Positions 1-7,820 of a DNA stretch of 32,210 nt are shown here, in pieces (position 1 is the first letter of the stretch; the number at the start of each line of letters is the position of its first letter). Source of the DNA: a virus (lineage: Duplodnaviria; Caudoviricetes); the IMG/VR virus record IMGVR_UViG_3300033415_000010, positions 1-32,210 of that record. One strand, written 5' to 3'. A model generated the notes under the pieces. The model searched no databases. It was not told the DNA's origin and saw only the letters and a list, made by a program, of their open reading frames with translations. The position numbers were made by a program, and so were the translations under genes.

Positions 1-135
1 GTAGCCGTCGCCGTCGCCGCTGCCGCTGCCGCCGCTGAAGCCGCTGCCGTAGCCGTAGCCGTCGCCGTGGCCGTCGCCGCTGCCGCTGCCGCTGCCGTAG
101 CCGTAGCCGTAGCCGTTGGAAGTTACAGTTTCCAT
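1..135 (-). CDS. Gly-rich GYG/GSG/GDG repeat protein (partial, runs off window)
   Basis: ATG at 135 gives METVTSNGYGYGYGSGSGSGDGHGDGYGYGSGFSGGSGSGDGDGY...; overlaps the end of the upstream gene by 13 nt; not in ORF track. Confidence 0.7.
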   Translation of the reverse strand, partial: METVTSNGYGYGYGSGSGSGDGHGDGYGYGSGFSGGSGSGDGDGY

Positions 136-425
136 ACCGGCACCGCATCAATCGACGCTTTAGCTTTTTCGGAGAGGGGGAGGACTTCGATGACTTCAGT
201 TAGGATCACTTCGGGCACCGCAGCCGGGAACTTGCAGCTCTTCGGCTTGCTCACGCCGTCGATGCTGAGCTGCGACAGCGATGCCGCGCCATCCCAGTAC
301 CAGAGCCGCCGGGCCTCGGTGATTACGCCTATCTTTCCTTTCAGGGACTTGAGAACGCCAGCGAAAACGCCAGCGGAATATGTGCGCACGATTACGTGCT
401 TTTGTTTTTTAGATTTTGTAGCCAT
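123..425 (-). CDS. conserved phage protein, DUF6948-like
   Basis: VIVRTYSAGVFAG...ARRLWYWDGAASLSQL motif recognised from memory; AT-rich leader upstream. Confidence 0.75.
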   Translation of the reverse strand: MATKSKKQKHVIVRTYSAGVFAGVLKSLKGKIGVITEARRLWYWDGAASLSQLSIDGVSKPKSCKFPAAVPEVILTEVIEVLPLSEKAKASIDAVPVWKL

Positions 426-481
426 AAAATTAATACATTTGTATCTAATATAAATAGATGCTCAGCAAATGCGTGTGATGC

Positions 482-901
482 TCATCGCTCCACCTCCGTG
501 TCTTCCATCGCCTTTGCTGCGCGGCGCAGGTCGCCTGCGGTGAATGATGCTGGGTACTGGCTCACGCGCAGGGTGAGATGAGTGTCGTCTAAGGCATAGT
601 CCTCATACGCCTTGGCAAACGGCCTCAGCGCAGTCTCCAACTCCTTGATACGTGCCACAGCATCAGCGTACTGGATGCCGCGCTTGATTAGATGGCTTCC
701 GAGTTCGGCGTTTTCGGTCGTCAGGTTTTTGATGCGGGCCTCCGCCAGACTCAGCGCCGTGCCGCCCGCGTGATTCGTCGCGCTTTCTAGATAGCGGATG
801 CGCACCCGCTGCCTGTAGTTGCCCGCCTCCAAATCTTTCATCCGAGTTTGCGCGCGCTCGATCCAGTCGCGCAGGTCAATAATCGTATTTTCAATGTTCA
901 T
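482..901 (-). CDS. hypothetical coiled-coil protein
   Basis: Start MNIENT at 901 overlaps the upstream stop (ATGA); heptad-like ARIKNL/ARIKEL segments. Confidence 0.7.
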   Translation of the reverse strand: MNIENTIIDLRDWIERAQTRMKDLEAGNYRQRVRIRYLESATNHAGGTALSLAEARIKNLTTENAELGSHLIKRGIQYADAVARIKELETALRPFAKAYEDYALDDTHLTLRVSQYPASFTAGDLRRAAKAMEDTEVER

Positions 902-1107
902 GGTTTCCCCCTCTCTGCCGCCGGGCACGTGTGGCACCAGCGGGTAATTTTTTCGCTCACTGCATGGTTGCCGCAGTGGCCGATCTCGGGGTTTGGTTTG
1001 TGCTCCACCCAGTGGATACACTCGTTGCACGGGATGAGGTCGGGCTGCTGCGTGGTCTGCTGCGTGGTCTGCTTGAGCAGCTCGAAAAGTCGGTCGGTGG
1101 GGCTCAT
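898..1107 (-). CDS. small Cys/His (Zn-binding-like) hypothetical protein
   Basis: MSPTDRLF start with GGAGG upstream and ATGA overlaps at both ends; CNECIHW..HC..WC. Confidence 0.7.
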   Translation of the reverse strand: MSPTDRLFELLKQTTQQTTQQPDLIPCNECIHWVEHKPNPEIGHCGNHAVSEKITRWCHTCPAAERGKP

Positions 1108-1562
1108 GCGCGCCTCCTCCGTGATGCGATGACCTGGGTGCTCTTGATGGATTTTAGGGGAACCCCCACCATGTCCGCAGCCGCTTCCGACTGAACCCCG
1201 GACCGCACGAGCGCAGTGTACTGTTCCAGGATTTTGAAGCGGGGTTCCCAGTCCACCACGATTCTCCCCTTCGCCCCCCGAGCAGACTTCGTAACCGAGG
1301 CCACCCAACGGGTGGTGGCCCCGTACTTCTCCGCGATCTCGGCTATGCTCATCCCCGAGCGCGCGTCCGCGTTCATGGCGCTATGCTTCTCCTCCGCGCT
1401 GTCAAACAGGCGGACGTTCCTCGGTTTCTCCTGCCTGCCGATCAGATGCCTGATGCTCGGGTGGTGGATGTTCACCCTCTTCAGGGCGAGCTTCTGCTCG
1501 CGGCAGAAAAAGCGATCCACAATCGACCCGCACGCCGAAGCTGCTTCCTGTGTGGTGCTCAT
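1104..1562 (-). CDS. HTH DNA-binding protein
   Basis: GMSIAEIAEKYGATTRWV and a second AAADMVGVP helix-turn-helix-like segment; ATGA overlaps. Confidence 0.7.
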   Translation of the reverse strand: MSTTQEAASACGSIVDRFFCREQKLALKRVNIHHPSIRHLIGRQEKPRNVRLFDSAEEKHSAMNADARSGMSIAEIAEKYGATTRWVASVTKSARGAKGRIVVDWEPRFKILEQYTALVRSGVQSEAAADMVGVPLKSIKSTQVIASRRRRA

Positions 1563-1771
1563 CGGCGCAGGAGGTAGAGGAATGCCAGCCACACTGGGCT
1601 GCTTATTGCGGCCAGCAGGATAACCACCGCCAAGAAATCAAAGACTGCGATGGAGAAAAAAGTTATCCCGTCGAACACTCGGCGCGAGCGGTCCTCCCTG
1701 CTAACCAGAAGTGTGAGCAGCCCCCCGATGACGGAACCCAGGGAGGCGGCGATTAAAATTTCAGATGACAT
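1559..1771 (-). CDS. small membrane protein
   Basis: 70 aa with 2-3 hydrophobic stretches; AT-rich leader. Confidence 0.7.
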   Translation of the reverse strand: MSSEILIAASLGSVIGGLLTLLVSREDRSRRVFDGITFFSIAVFDFLAVVILLAAISSPVWLAFLYLLRR

Positions 1772-1789
1772 ATTATTTAAGTTATTTTA

Positions 1790-1819
1790 TGTGACTAAGT
1801 AACACTGTGTAGAAGTCAA
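1790..1819 (-). promoter_or_regulatory. promoter-like TTGACT plus palindromic box
   Basis: TTGACT on the minus strand (1814-1819), then box TGTGACTAAGTAACA (1790-1804) before the ATG at 1771. Confidence 0.55.
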
Positions 1820-1838
1820 GCCCGGCGAGGCCGGGCGG

Positions 1839-2282
1839 TTAAACCGACTTGCCCACGTCAACGCAGGTCTCCTCGATGACCCGGCGTGCGAAGTAGTCGC
1901 TGCATAGCGGGCTCTCAAACTCGGCCAAGACCCAGTAGCCGTCCTCGTCCTGGGTAAGCGTGGCCACCATGTTCACCGCTTTCTTCGGGTCCTTGTCCAC
2001 AGTGATCCTGAAAGTACAGAGACTGTGGCGCTTCTGTTCCTTGAACCAGGTGCTCATCTCCATGTACCGGAGACCCTGGTGAACGTGCAGGGATGCCGCT
2101 ATATGCCCGGCCACCTGGTCGAAGGTGGGGGAAAGTTCATAGGCTTTAAGGGCCCCCCTTAAATGAAACCGAAAGCCTGCGGAGACCCACACCCTCCCGT
2201 AGAATTTCAGGGATTCCTTCGTCAGGAACTCCGTAATTTCAATCTCCTCACTAACGTCGTTTAATTTATTCGTGTCGCTCAT
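1839..2282 (-). CDS. hypothetical protein
   Basis: MSDTNKL start with ATGA overlap. Confidence 0.7.
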   Translation of the reverse strand: MSDTNKLNDVSEEIEITEFLTKESLKFYGRVWVSAGFRFHLRGALKAYELSPTFDQVAGHIAASLHVHQGLRYMEMSTWFKEQKRHSLCTFRITVDKDPKKAVNMVATLTQDEDGYWVLAEFESPLCSDYFARRVIEETCVDVGKSV

Positions 2283-2638
2283 TTTAATTCGATCTTTCCC
2301 TCCCATATCATTTTGAGTTCATCCGGGGCAAGCCCTTCAGTCATCCGACCGAAGGTGTATTGCGCGTCCGCCGCGCAGATTTCAAGCTGGCGTGCGGCCC
2401 CGATGTGCTCGTGTTTATCCAGAAGAGTGAGAGTCTTGTCCCCGCTTGCACGGGCAAGGGTTCCTTCCAGATGCTTCTTGTAGCGGTGGTGCTGTCGCAT
2501 CACCTTGTTGCAGGCGAGCAGGTACTGGGTTTTCCAGTAGCGCAGGTCGTCCTTTCGATACCGTGGATATTGCGGAGTCGCGTCTATCATGTTATTTTGT
2601 GTGACTGAGTAACATTCTGGTTGGTTTGTCAATTTCAT
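2279..2638 (-). CDS. hypothetical protein (alternative start at 2590)
   Basis: ATGA overlap at 2635-2638, but an internal TTGACA (2627-2632) and box (2600-2614) precede the ATG at 2590. Confidence 0.65.
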   Translation of the reverse strand: MKLTNQPECYSVTQNNMIDATPQYPRYRKDDLRYWKTQYLLACNKVMRQHHRYKKHLEGTLARASGDKTLTLLDKHEHIGAARQLEICAADAQYTFGRMTEGLAPDELKMIWEGKIELK

Positions 2639-2874
2639 TTCAGGTGTTCCGGGAGCTGCCCCCGTTCGAGTTGGCGGCGGACCATCATGATCGGGGTCGC
2701 GTCCACGTCTGTTTTAGTGGCCCTCCTGTTGAGGGTGTCCTCCCCGACCCAAAGATCTCTGACGAGCTTTGAGGCGAAGGGGTAGAAAAGGGTTCCGTCC
2801 GCAGCCCAGTGGAGCCGTGGCTTTCCAACGGCTGCCGCGAGCTTGAGGTCGGTCCCTGAGAGAAAGGGTGTCAT
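2635..2874 (-). CDS. hypothetical protein
   Basis: MTPFLSG start with ATGA overlaps; the longer track ORF overlaps other genes. Confidence 0.65.
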   Translation of the reverse strand: MTPFLSGTDLKLAAAVGKPRLHWAADGTLFYPFASKLVRDLWVGEDTLNRRATKTDVDATPIMMVRRQLERGQLPEHLK

Positions 2875-3053
2875 CGGGCCTGGGAGACGAGCAGGTAGGT
2901 GCCCGCGCAGAAAGTCGCCGCCAGGAGAACCCCCAGCAGCAGTCTTGTTTCGGCATGGGCTTCGATCCTGTCGATCAGGTCGAGCGCCTCGGTTCTGGTA
3001 ATCCTCCCGGAGTGGGTCCACTGCGCGAGGACGTTGGCGATTTTTGTTTTCAT
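2871..3053 (-). CDS. small membrane-anchored protein
   Basis: MKTKIAN start with ATGA overlap; C-terminal hydrophobic helix. Confidence 0.65.
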   Translation of the reverse strand: MKTKIANVLAQWTHSGRITRTEALDLIDRIEAHAETRLLLGVLLAATFCAGTYLLVSQAR

Positions 3054-3712
3054 AATGTAACGAGTTGGTTGCCCCACTGAGCTGCCATTGCGGTGGCGAT
3101 TCCGGGGTAGGTTTGACTGCGAAGTTTCCCTCTGTCTTTCGAGGGCGGAAGTTTGTTCTGCCCGCTGTCCGTCTGGTTGGCCCAGCGCCGGACGTACTTG
3201 CCGTTGTGAAGAACGAGTCGAGCGTCAACCCGCTGGGTTGGGGTGAGTAGGGGTAACCTGTTGAGCCAGAGACAGGTCTTCTTGCTGGCGTCCTCCCCGA
3301 ACTCATAGGGCTGGATCGACTGGTCGGGTTTCCTGATGCGAGAGCTGATGATTCCGACGGGGTTCTCCAGATACCACGGTTCCGGGCGACTCATGAGAAG
3401 GCGTACAAATTCAAGGGACTTCTCGGTCTCCAGCCACCCACGACCCCTGTCGTTCCAGTGGAGACCACTGCCACAGAGGTAAGTGCAGGGTGGGTGGAAA
3501 CCGAACATGTCCCAGTTGTTACTGAGTACTTCACAAACGTCACCTTGGATGTGGTACGGACTGCCGTCGTCGGTGGGAAGAAGGTCGCAACTCCAGGCGT
3601 CGTGACCGAGTTTCCTGAACGCTTCCCGCACGACACCGCTTGACTCGCACCCAATGAGGATTCGCATCCCGGTTGGTACTGAGTAACAACCGTTGCGGTC
3701 GAGCAGGTTCAT
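3050..3712 (-). CDS. phage DNA (cytosine-5) methyltransferase-like protein
   Basis: RILIGCESSG..AF...GHDAWSCD N-terminus, catalytic PPC (motif IV), ENP (motif VI), YEFG..KKTCLW, RSQTYPGIA.AMA.QW; alternative start at 3667. Confidence 0.8.
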   Translation of the reverse strand: MNLLDRNGCYSVPTGMRILIGCESSGVVREAFRKLGHDAWSCDLLPTDDGSPYHIQGDVCEVLSNNWDMFGFHPPCTYLCGSGLHWNDRGRGWLETEKSLEFVRLLMSRPEPWYLENPVGIISSRIRKPDQSIQPYEFGEDASKKTCLWLNRLPLLTPTQRVDARLVLHNGKYVRRWANQTDSGQNKLPPSKDRGKLRSQTYPGIATAMAAQWGNQLVTL

Positions 3713-3987
3713 TCGAGGTCCCGGCTGTTCGCCACAGGGCAGGCTGCGGCGTAGACCTCCCACCTGAGACTGTACGTGAGGATCTTCTTGGCCGCCGCGA
3801 CGTTCTTGAAGAGTTGGCGTTCGTCGCTGGCGGTCATCGGGACATCCCAGTGGATCTGCGTCCCAGCGTCGTCGAGGTGGAACTGACGAGGGCTCATCGC
3901 CAAGGCGACGAGGAACTCCATGGCATCGCCACGGTCGAACGCATTGTCGCAGGTTTCGGATAGGCCGTAATCGAGGGGAGATTTCAT
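3709..3987 (-). CDS. hypothetical protein
   Basis: MKSPLDY start; ATGA overlaps at both ends. Confidence 0.65.
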   Translation of the reverse strand: MKSPLDYGLSETCDNAFDRGDAMEFLVALAMSPRQFHLDDAGTQIHWDVPMTASDERQLFKNVAAAKKILTYSLRWEVYAAACPVANSRDLE

Positions 3988-4847
3988 GCTGTGACTTTGA
4001 TTTGTTTGATGGCCTCTACCCCGCCGTGGATACGGACGGGCGGGATGAAATCCCAAGTGCCCTTGCGGTTGACGTAGCGGTCGCTTTGGTAATAACGCAG
4101 GTGTCCCCGGCGGTTGTGGGGAGAAACGTGTTTGCCGTTCGGTTCGGATGGGTTGGTAGGCTTGCCCAGCGTGACGATGCTCGGCATGTAGCTAACCCGT
4201 TTGCTGGGCCTGCTCGGCCTGCCCTTAAAGCCGACCTTGCCGCCCATGCGACGGGTGATCTGACCGGGCTCTTGGAACTGGAACTTCGGGACCGAGCAGT
4301 AGGCGAGCACCTTGAGGCACAGAGTCGTGAGGTTGAGCAGGTCCTCGTTCTCCCCCGGCGCAAGCGGCATGGCCCCCGGGTCCGCAGGTACGCTGCGTCC
4401 AATGAGGATCTCCTCATGCTTGCTGGGCTTCGTGACAAGGGTGTTCCCCCTGCCATCGTCGCCCTCGATCAGCACCATAAGCCGATCCCCCGGTTCGGCA
4501 TCCGGGATGTCCAGTCCCTCGAACTGGGCAAGGATCGTGTGAATGTCGTAGCGCCCGATGATGGCCGTCGGAATCGCAGGGTCCTCGAAGTAGAACTCAA
4601 CCGTATGGGAAGGCCATAGGAGCGCCGCTAAATCCGGGTTCTTGAAGTCGGAGAGCAGCAGGTCGTCCGAGAGCGCCTTGTCAACGCGAAGCTGCACCCC
4701 TCCCTTGCGGTAGAAATGACTGGTGTACGCCTGGACAAGTCCGCTGCTCCCGCTCGTCGCTTTGCACAGGGAGAGGAAACGTGCGTCAATCTTCACGTCC
4801 GGCGGAAGGTAGTGAAGATCCTTCATATATTTGTGGGAAAGTTTCAT
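3984..4847 (-). CDS. conserved phage hypothetical protein with C-terminal PHxRRGHxR motif
   Basis: HVSPHNRRGHLR...WDFIPPV C-terminus; ATGA overlaps. Confidence 0.75.
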   Translation of the reverse strand: MKLSHKYMKDLHYLPPDVKIDARFLSLCKATSGSSGLVQAYTSHFYRKGGVQLRVDKALSDDLLLSDFKNPDLAALLWPSHTVEFYFEDPAIPTAIIGRYDIHTILAQFEGLDIPDAEPGDRLMVLIEGDDGRGNTLVTKPSKHEEILIGRSVPADPGAMPLAPGENEDLLNLTTLCLKVLAYCSVPKFQFQEPGQITRRMGGKVGFKGRPSRPSKRVSYMPSIVTLGKPTNPSEPNGKHVSPHNRRGHLRYYQSDRYVNRKGTWDFIPPVRIHGGVEAIKQIKVTA

Positions 4848-5671
4848 GCAACCCCCTCCTTCGCCCGCATCTCAATCGTCGGGGTCTCGTAGCCGAGCTG
4901 ACGGGCGATGGGGATCAGCTCGTCGAAGCCGATCTGGTGACACCCCACTTGGACAGCCCCGCCCCGAGGCGTATCCACTTCGTCGCGAAAGACACGCAGG
5001 CCGATGTAGTTGTCGAAACTGAAGTCGGGGAAGTCCACCTCGTTCGCCTCCATGAAACGACCGCGCTTTAGCAGGCAATCACAGACCCGCTTCCACACAA
5101 GCGGGGCATAGCGGGTCAGGATCTGCGCCCCCCTGCTCGTCTCGATGCGGCTGCCGTCCTTGCTCAGGCGCAGCATGACTGGAGACGGAATGCCTGGGAG
5201 AACGGGTAGACTGTCACGCTCATGGTTGCGCCATTCCAGAAGACGCTTTGGATACTCAGCCGCCTCCTTCTTCCGCCGGACCCGAGTTTGTTTGACCGCG
5301 TCAATCTTGCGCTGCTTCTGCGAAAGCCTGTGCTCCGCCATCTTCTTCTCCTCCTGGCGCAGGAAGCGGGCGAACTGGACCTTCGTGAAATGGTCCATGC
5401 TAGGTACATCCAGCACGGGGACTCGGGCCTGCGACTGTGCGTTCGAGAGCGCCGAGTACACATATCCCTGATGCTTGGTCGTCGAGATGCTGTACGAGCG
5501 AACCGTGACAAGCACATGCTTCGTCTTCTCCTTACCAACGGTGACGAACTTCGCCACCGGGAAGTGAAGACCGTAGCTGTAGATCGTGGGGCCAACAAAG
5601 AACAAGTTGCTGCCCTTGCCCTCTGATTTCTGCTGATGTGCCCATACGTGGGCGACGTTTCGGTTATTCAT
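4844..5671 (-). CDS. conserved phage hypothetical protein
   Basis: 275 aa; IYSYG.HF, YSISTTKHQ, IETSRGA and VGCH.I motifs look like a recurrent phage early-gene family. Confidence 0.75.
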   Translation of the reverse strand: MNNRNVAHVWAHQQKSEGKGSNLFFVGPTIYSYGLHFPVAKFVTVGKEKTKHVLVTVRSYSISTTKHQGYVYSALSNAQSQARVPVLDVPSMDHFTKVQFARFLRQEEKKMAEHRLSQKQRKIDAVKQTRVRRKKEAAEYPKRLLEWRNHERDSLPVLPGIPSPVMLRLSKDGSRIETSRGAQILTRYAPLVWKRVCDCLLKRGRFMEANEVDFPDFSFDNYIGLRVFRDEVDTPRGGAVQVGCHQIGFDELIPIARQLGYETPTIEMRAKEGVA

Positions 5672-5698
5672 ATTTGATTTGGTTGAGTATAAAATTTA

Positions 5699-5887
5699 TT
5701 ACTGAGTAACATCTGACAAATTGCGGTAGGGGTAAAGCTCGATGTCGTCTTTCCTCGCCAGTTGGATGGCTTCATCGAACGAGAAAGTGTCCGCCTGGCG
5801 GGAGTCCCGAATCAGACGGAAACGTGCGGCCCCCCGGGCGAACCACTTGTCCTTGGATTTATGATATACTTTGTAGACGATGGTCAT
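5699..5887 (-). CDS. hypothetical protein
   Basis: MTIVYKV start with ATGA overlap; ends VTQ-stop inside the palindromic box. Confidence 0.65.
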   Translation of the reverse strand: MTIVYKVYHKSKDKWFARGAARFRLIRDSRQADTFSFDEAIQLARKDDIELYPYRNLSDVTQ

Positions 5888-6102
5888 GTTGTTTCCTTTC
5901 GTGCCCAAACCGTGACTTTGATATGGACCTCAATTTCCAATGGCTTGTAGCAGCAGGGGCATTTTCCTTGGTGTGTTCCTGGGATCGGGTCGTTGTATTC
6001 GTTGTCCCAGTCATCTACCCCAAGGGTCCTCTCACAGTGGGGACAGTTGAACTCGTAGAGGGCGTCGGTTGAGATTCGGATACTCCTGTTGGTAGATTCC
6101 AT
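5884..6102 (-). CDS. small Zn-ribbon protein
   Basis: CPHC...CPCC pairs. Confidence 0.7.
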   Translation of the reverse strand: MESTNRSIRISTDALYEFNCPHCERTLGVDDWDNEYNDPIPGTHQGKCPCCYKPLEIEVHIKVTVWARKETT

Positions 6103-6347
6103 TCTTTGCTAAGGTGAACGGTGAAGTCGTCGGGCGGGGTGATCGGTCCCCAGAAGAACCAGTCGTCAGCTCTCCAAGTTACCCCGAGACCTTCATCCAC
6201 GACATAGAATCCCTCAGGTATTTGAAACGCCACCCGGAGGATGACTGGCACCCCTGTCGGTGAACGCCGGACCCAGTAGTATCCTTCTTGCTGAGGAATC
6301 CCCCGGTGGAGAAGGCCCGCTGAAATGAGAGGTCGTGGGGTGTTCAT
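6015..6347 (-). CDS. hypothetical protein
   Basis: PQQEGYYWVR...WFFWGPITPP; ATGA start overlap; 3' tail overlaps the next gene by 88 nt. Confidence 0.65.
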   Translation of the reverse strand: MNTPRPLISAGLLHRGIPQQEGYYWVRRSPTGVPVILRVAFQIPEGFYVVDEGLGVTWRADDWFFWGPITPPDDFTVHLSKEWNLPTGVSESQPTPSTSSTVPTVRGPLG

Positions 6348-6541
6348 TTGATTCCTTTCGCTTCCTTAATGAGGGATTCCAAACCGTAGATTGCGTCGAG
6401 GGTGGGGATCTCAACTGTGCAGTTGAGTTCCGAGCAGTTGAGCAGGCGTTCGACCTGCGGGATGAGGCGACCAAGCATCTCTGCTTTGCGCTCCAAGGTG
6501 ACGAGTTCCGCGTTGAAGCGGGAGAGGATGTCGTTGTTCAT
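6344..6541 (-). CDS. hypothetical protein
   Basis: 65-aa ORF tiling the operon. Confidence 0.65.
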   Translation of the reverse strand: MNNDILSRFNAELVTLERKAEMLGRLIPQVERLLNCSELNCTVEIPTLDAIYGLESLIKEAKGIK

Positions 6542-6547
6542 AATGTA

Positions 6548-6772
6548 TCAATAGTTCCAGTTCAAAGCCGCGTCTGGGAAATCCAGATCCTGTGGATCGT
6601 ACCCCGTTGTAAGTGGATAGAGTTGTGTTGAACGAAAGAGGGGCCTACCTGCGTAGTCCCTCCGCTTGCTCTTAGATCCTTTCAGTACCCGACGCACCTG
6701 CTTGTCCCACTCTCCGATGGTGCGATAGCCGGGTGGGTTGCGTGGTACGTCGGGGAAACCGTCGGGGTTCAT
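6548..6772 (-). CDS. hypothetical protein
   Basis: 74-aa ORF; ATGA overlap. Confidence 0.65.
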   Translation of the reverse strand: MNPDGFPDVPRNPPGYRTIGEWDKQVRRVLKGSKSKRRDYAGRPLFRSTQLYPLTTGYDPQDLDFPDAALNWNY

Positions 6773-7302
6773 TTCTTTTCCACGTTGAATATTGCGTAAG
6801 GCGCCTTGCCGTCATCGAACCAGTCGGAGCCGAGACAGTAGACTTTTGGGAAGGTATCGAATGGGGCGTCGGTGAGGGGCGCCCCGTTGATGTCGTGGTC
6901 TGTGAGGGCGTTGTTGAGGTCACCAGCTCCGGGCACACACGGAGAACAGAAGCAGGCGTAGGTGTAGTAGGGCGACTTGAGAACAAACAGGTCGTTGTCG
7001 AGGCAACCCGTGATAACGTATCCGTCCTTCTCGTACACGTAGTCGCCCAAACGATCTTCCCAATGCAGGGAAAGTTCCTCGGCAACTTCGTCTTCGTCCA
7101 CGTCGTCGGTGCCGGGTTCCAGGTGTCGCTCTCGGAGGGCTTCGTCAAGCGCCAGCTTCCAAGCACGGTTCTCGCCGTAAGCCATGAGGTCGTCAAGGGC
7201 CTCGGGTGAGACGCTGTTCTGAGATATGACCCCGTAACGGATACCCGTTGCGAGGTCGATGTTGGTGGTGTTGCCACCGTAGTTTATGCCGCTGGATTTC
7301 AT
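6769..7302 (-). CDS. acidic conserved phage protein
   Basis: TGIRYGVISQN, CFCSPCVPGAGDL and YCLGSDWF motifs; strongly Asp/Glu-rich. Confidence 0.75.
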   Translation of the reverse strand: MKSSGINYGGNTTNIDLATGIRYGVISQNSVSPEALDDLMAYGENRAWKLALDEALRERHLEPGTDDVDEDEVAEELSLHWEDRLGDYVYEKDGYVITGCLDNDLFVLKSPYYTYACFCSPCVPGAGDLNNALTDHDINGAPLTDAPFDTFPKVYCLGSDWFDDGKAPYAIFNVEKK

Positions 7303-7514
7303 TCTTCCTCCTCGTTTTCCACAGTGTAGTCGGCGTTCAGAGCAAGCAGCTCCCGGAACTCAGGGAGCCGGGAGTCCACCCACTCGACAAACTCATCGTA
7401 TTCCGAGAGCTTAGAAAGCTCGATGGCCAGCTTCGTGACTTGGGCACCGTAGGCTTTCTCCGCCCCGACCACGATGATCCCGCCTTTTAGTTGGTATGCG
7501 TCTAGTTTCTTCAT
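7299..7514 (-). CDS. small acidic hypothetical protein
   Basis: 71 aa, ends ENEEEE; ATGA overlap. Confidence 0.7.
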   Translation of the reverse strand: MKKLDAYQLKGGIIVVGAEKAYGAQVTKLAIELSKLSEYDEFVEWVDSRLPEFRELLALNADYTVENEEEE

Positions 7515-7581
7515 GTTATTTTAGTTGGTATGCGTCTAGTTTCTTCGTGTTATTTTAGTAACCTTCGTACTGCGAAGGTGT

Positions 7582-7752
7582 TTAGATGCGGGCGTATTGC
7601 CCCACGGAGTTTTTTCGGAATCCGGCTTTTGAAACCCAACGCCGCACGGTGCGGGGTTGGACTTTGGCGGATTTAGCGACCGTTTCGAAGGTTTGGCCTG
7701 CGTTGAGGCATCGAACGGCTGCTAGGATGTTGGCGATGGCGTTGAATTTCAT
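7582..7752 (-). CDS. small HTH protein (56 aa, missed by ORF track)
   Basis: MKFNAIANILAAVRCLNAGQTFETVAKSAKVQPRTVRRWVSKAG...; typical HTH pattern. Confidence 0.7.
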   Translation of the reverse strand: MKFNAIANILAAVRCLNAGQTFETVAKSAKVQPRTVRRWVSKAGFRKNSVGQYARI

Positions 7753-7814
7753 TTGGCTGCCTTTTTGCTGGGTTTTTTCCCGCCTTTTAGTTGGTATGCG
7801 TCTAGTTTCTTCAT
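7749..7814 (-). pseudogene. 21-aa duplicate of the N-terminus of gene 7299-7514
   Basis: MKKLDAYQLKGGKKPSKKAAK-stop, ATGA-coupled to the HTH gene. Confidence 0.5.
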
Positions 7815-7820
7815 GTTAGT

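Noticed and set aside
67-453. Plus-strand Ala/Val-rich ORF
   Set aside because: Reverse reading of the Gly-repeat and DUF6948-like genes
1046-1072. 12-bp tandem repeat (TTQQ x2)
   Set aside because: Trivial in-frame slippage duplication
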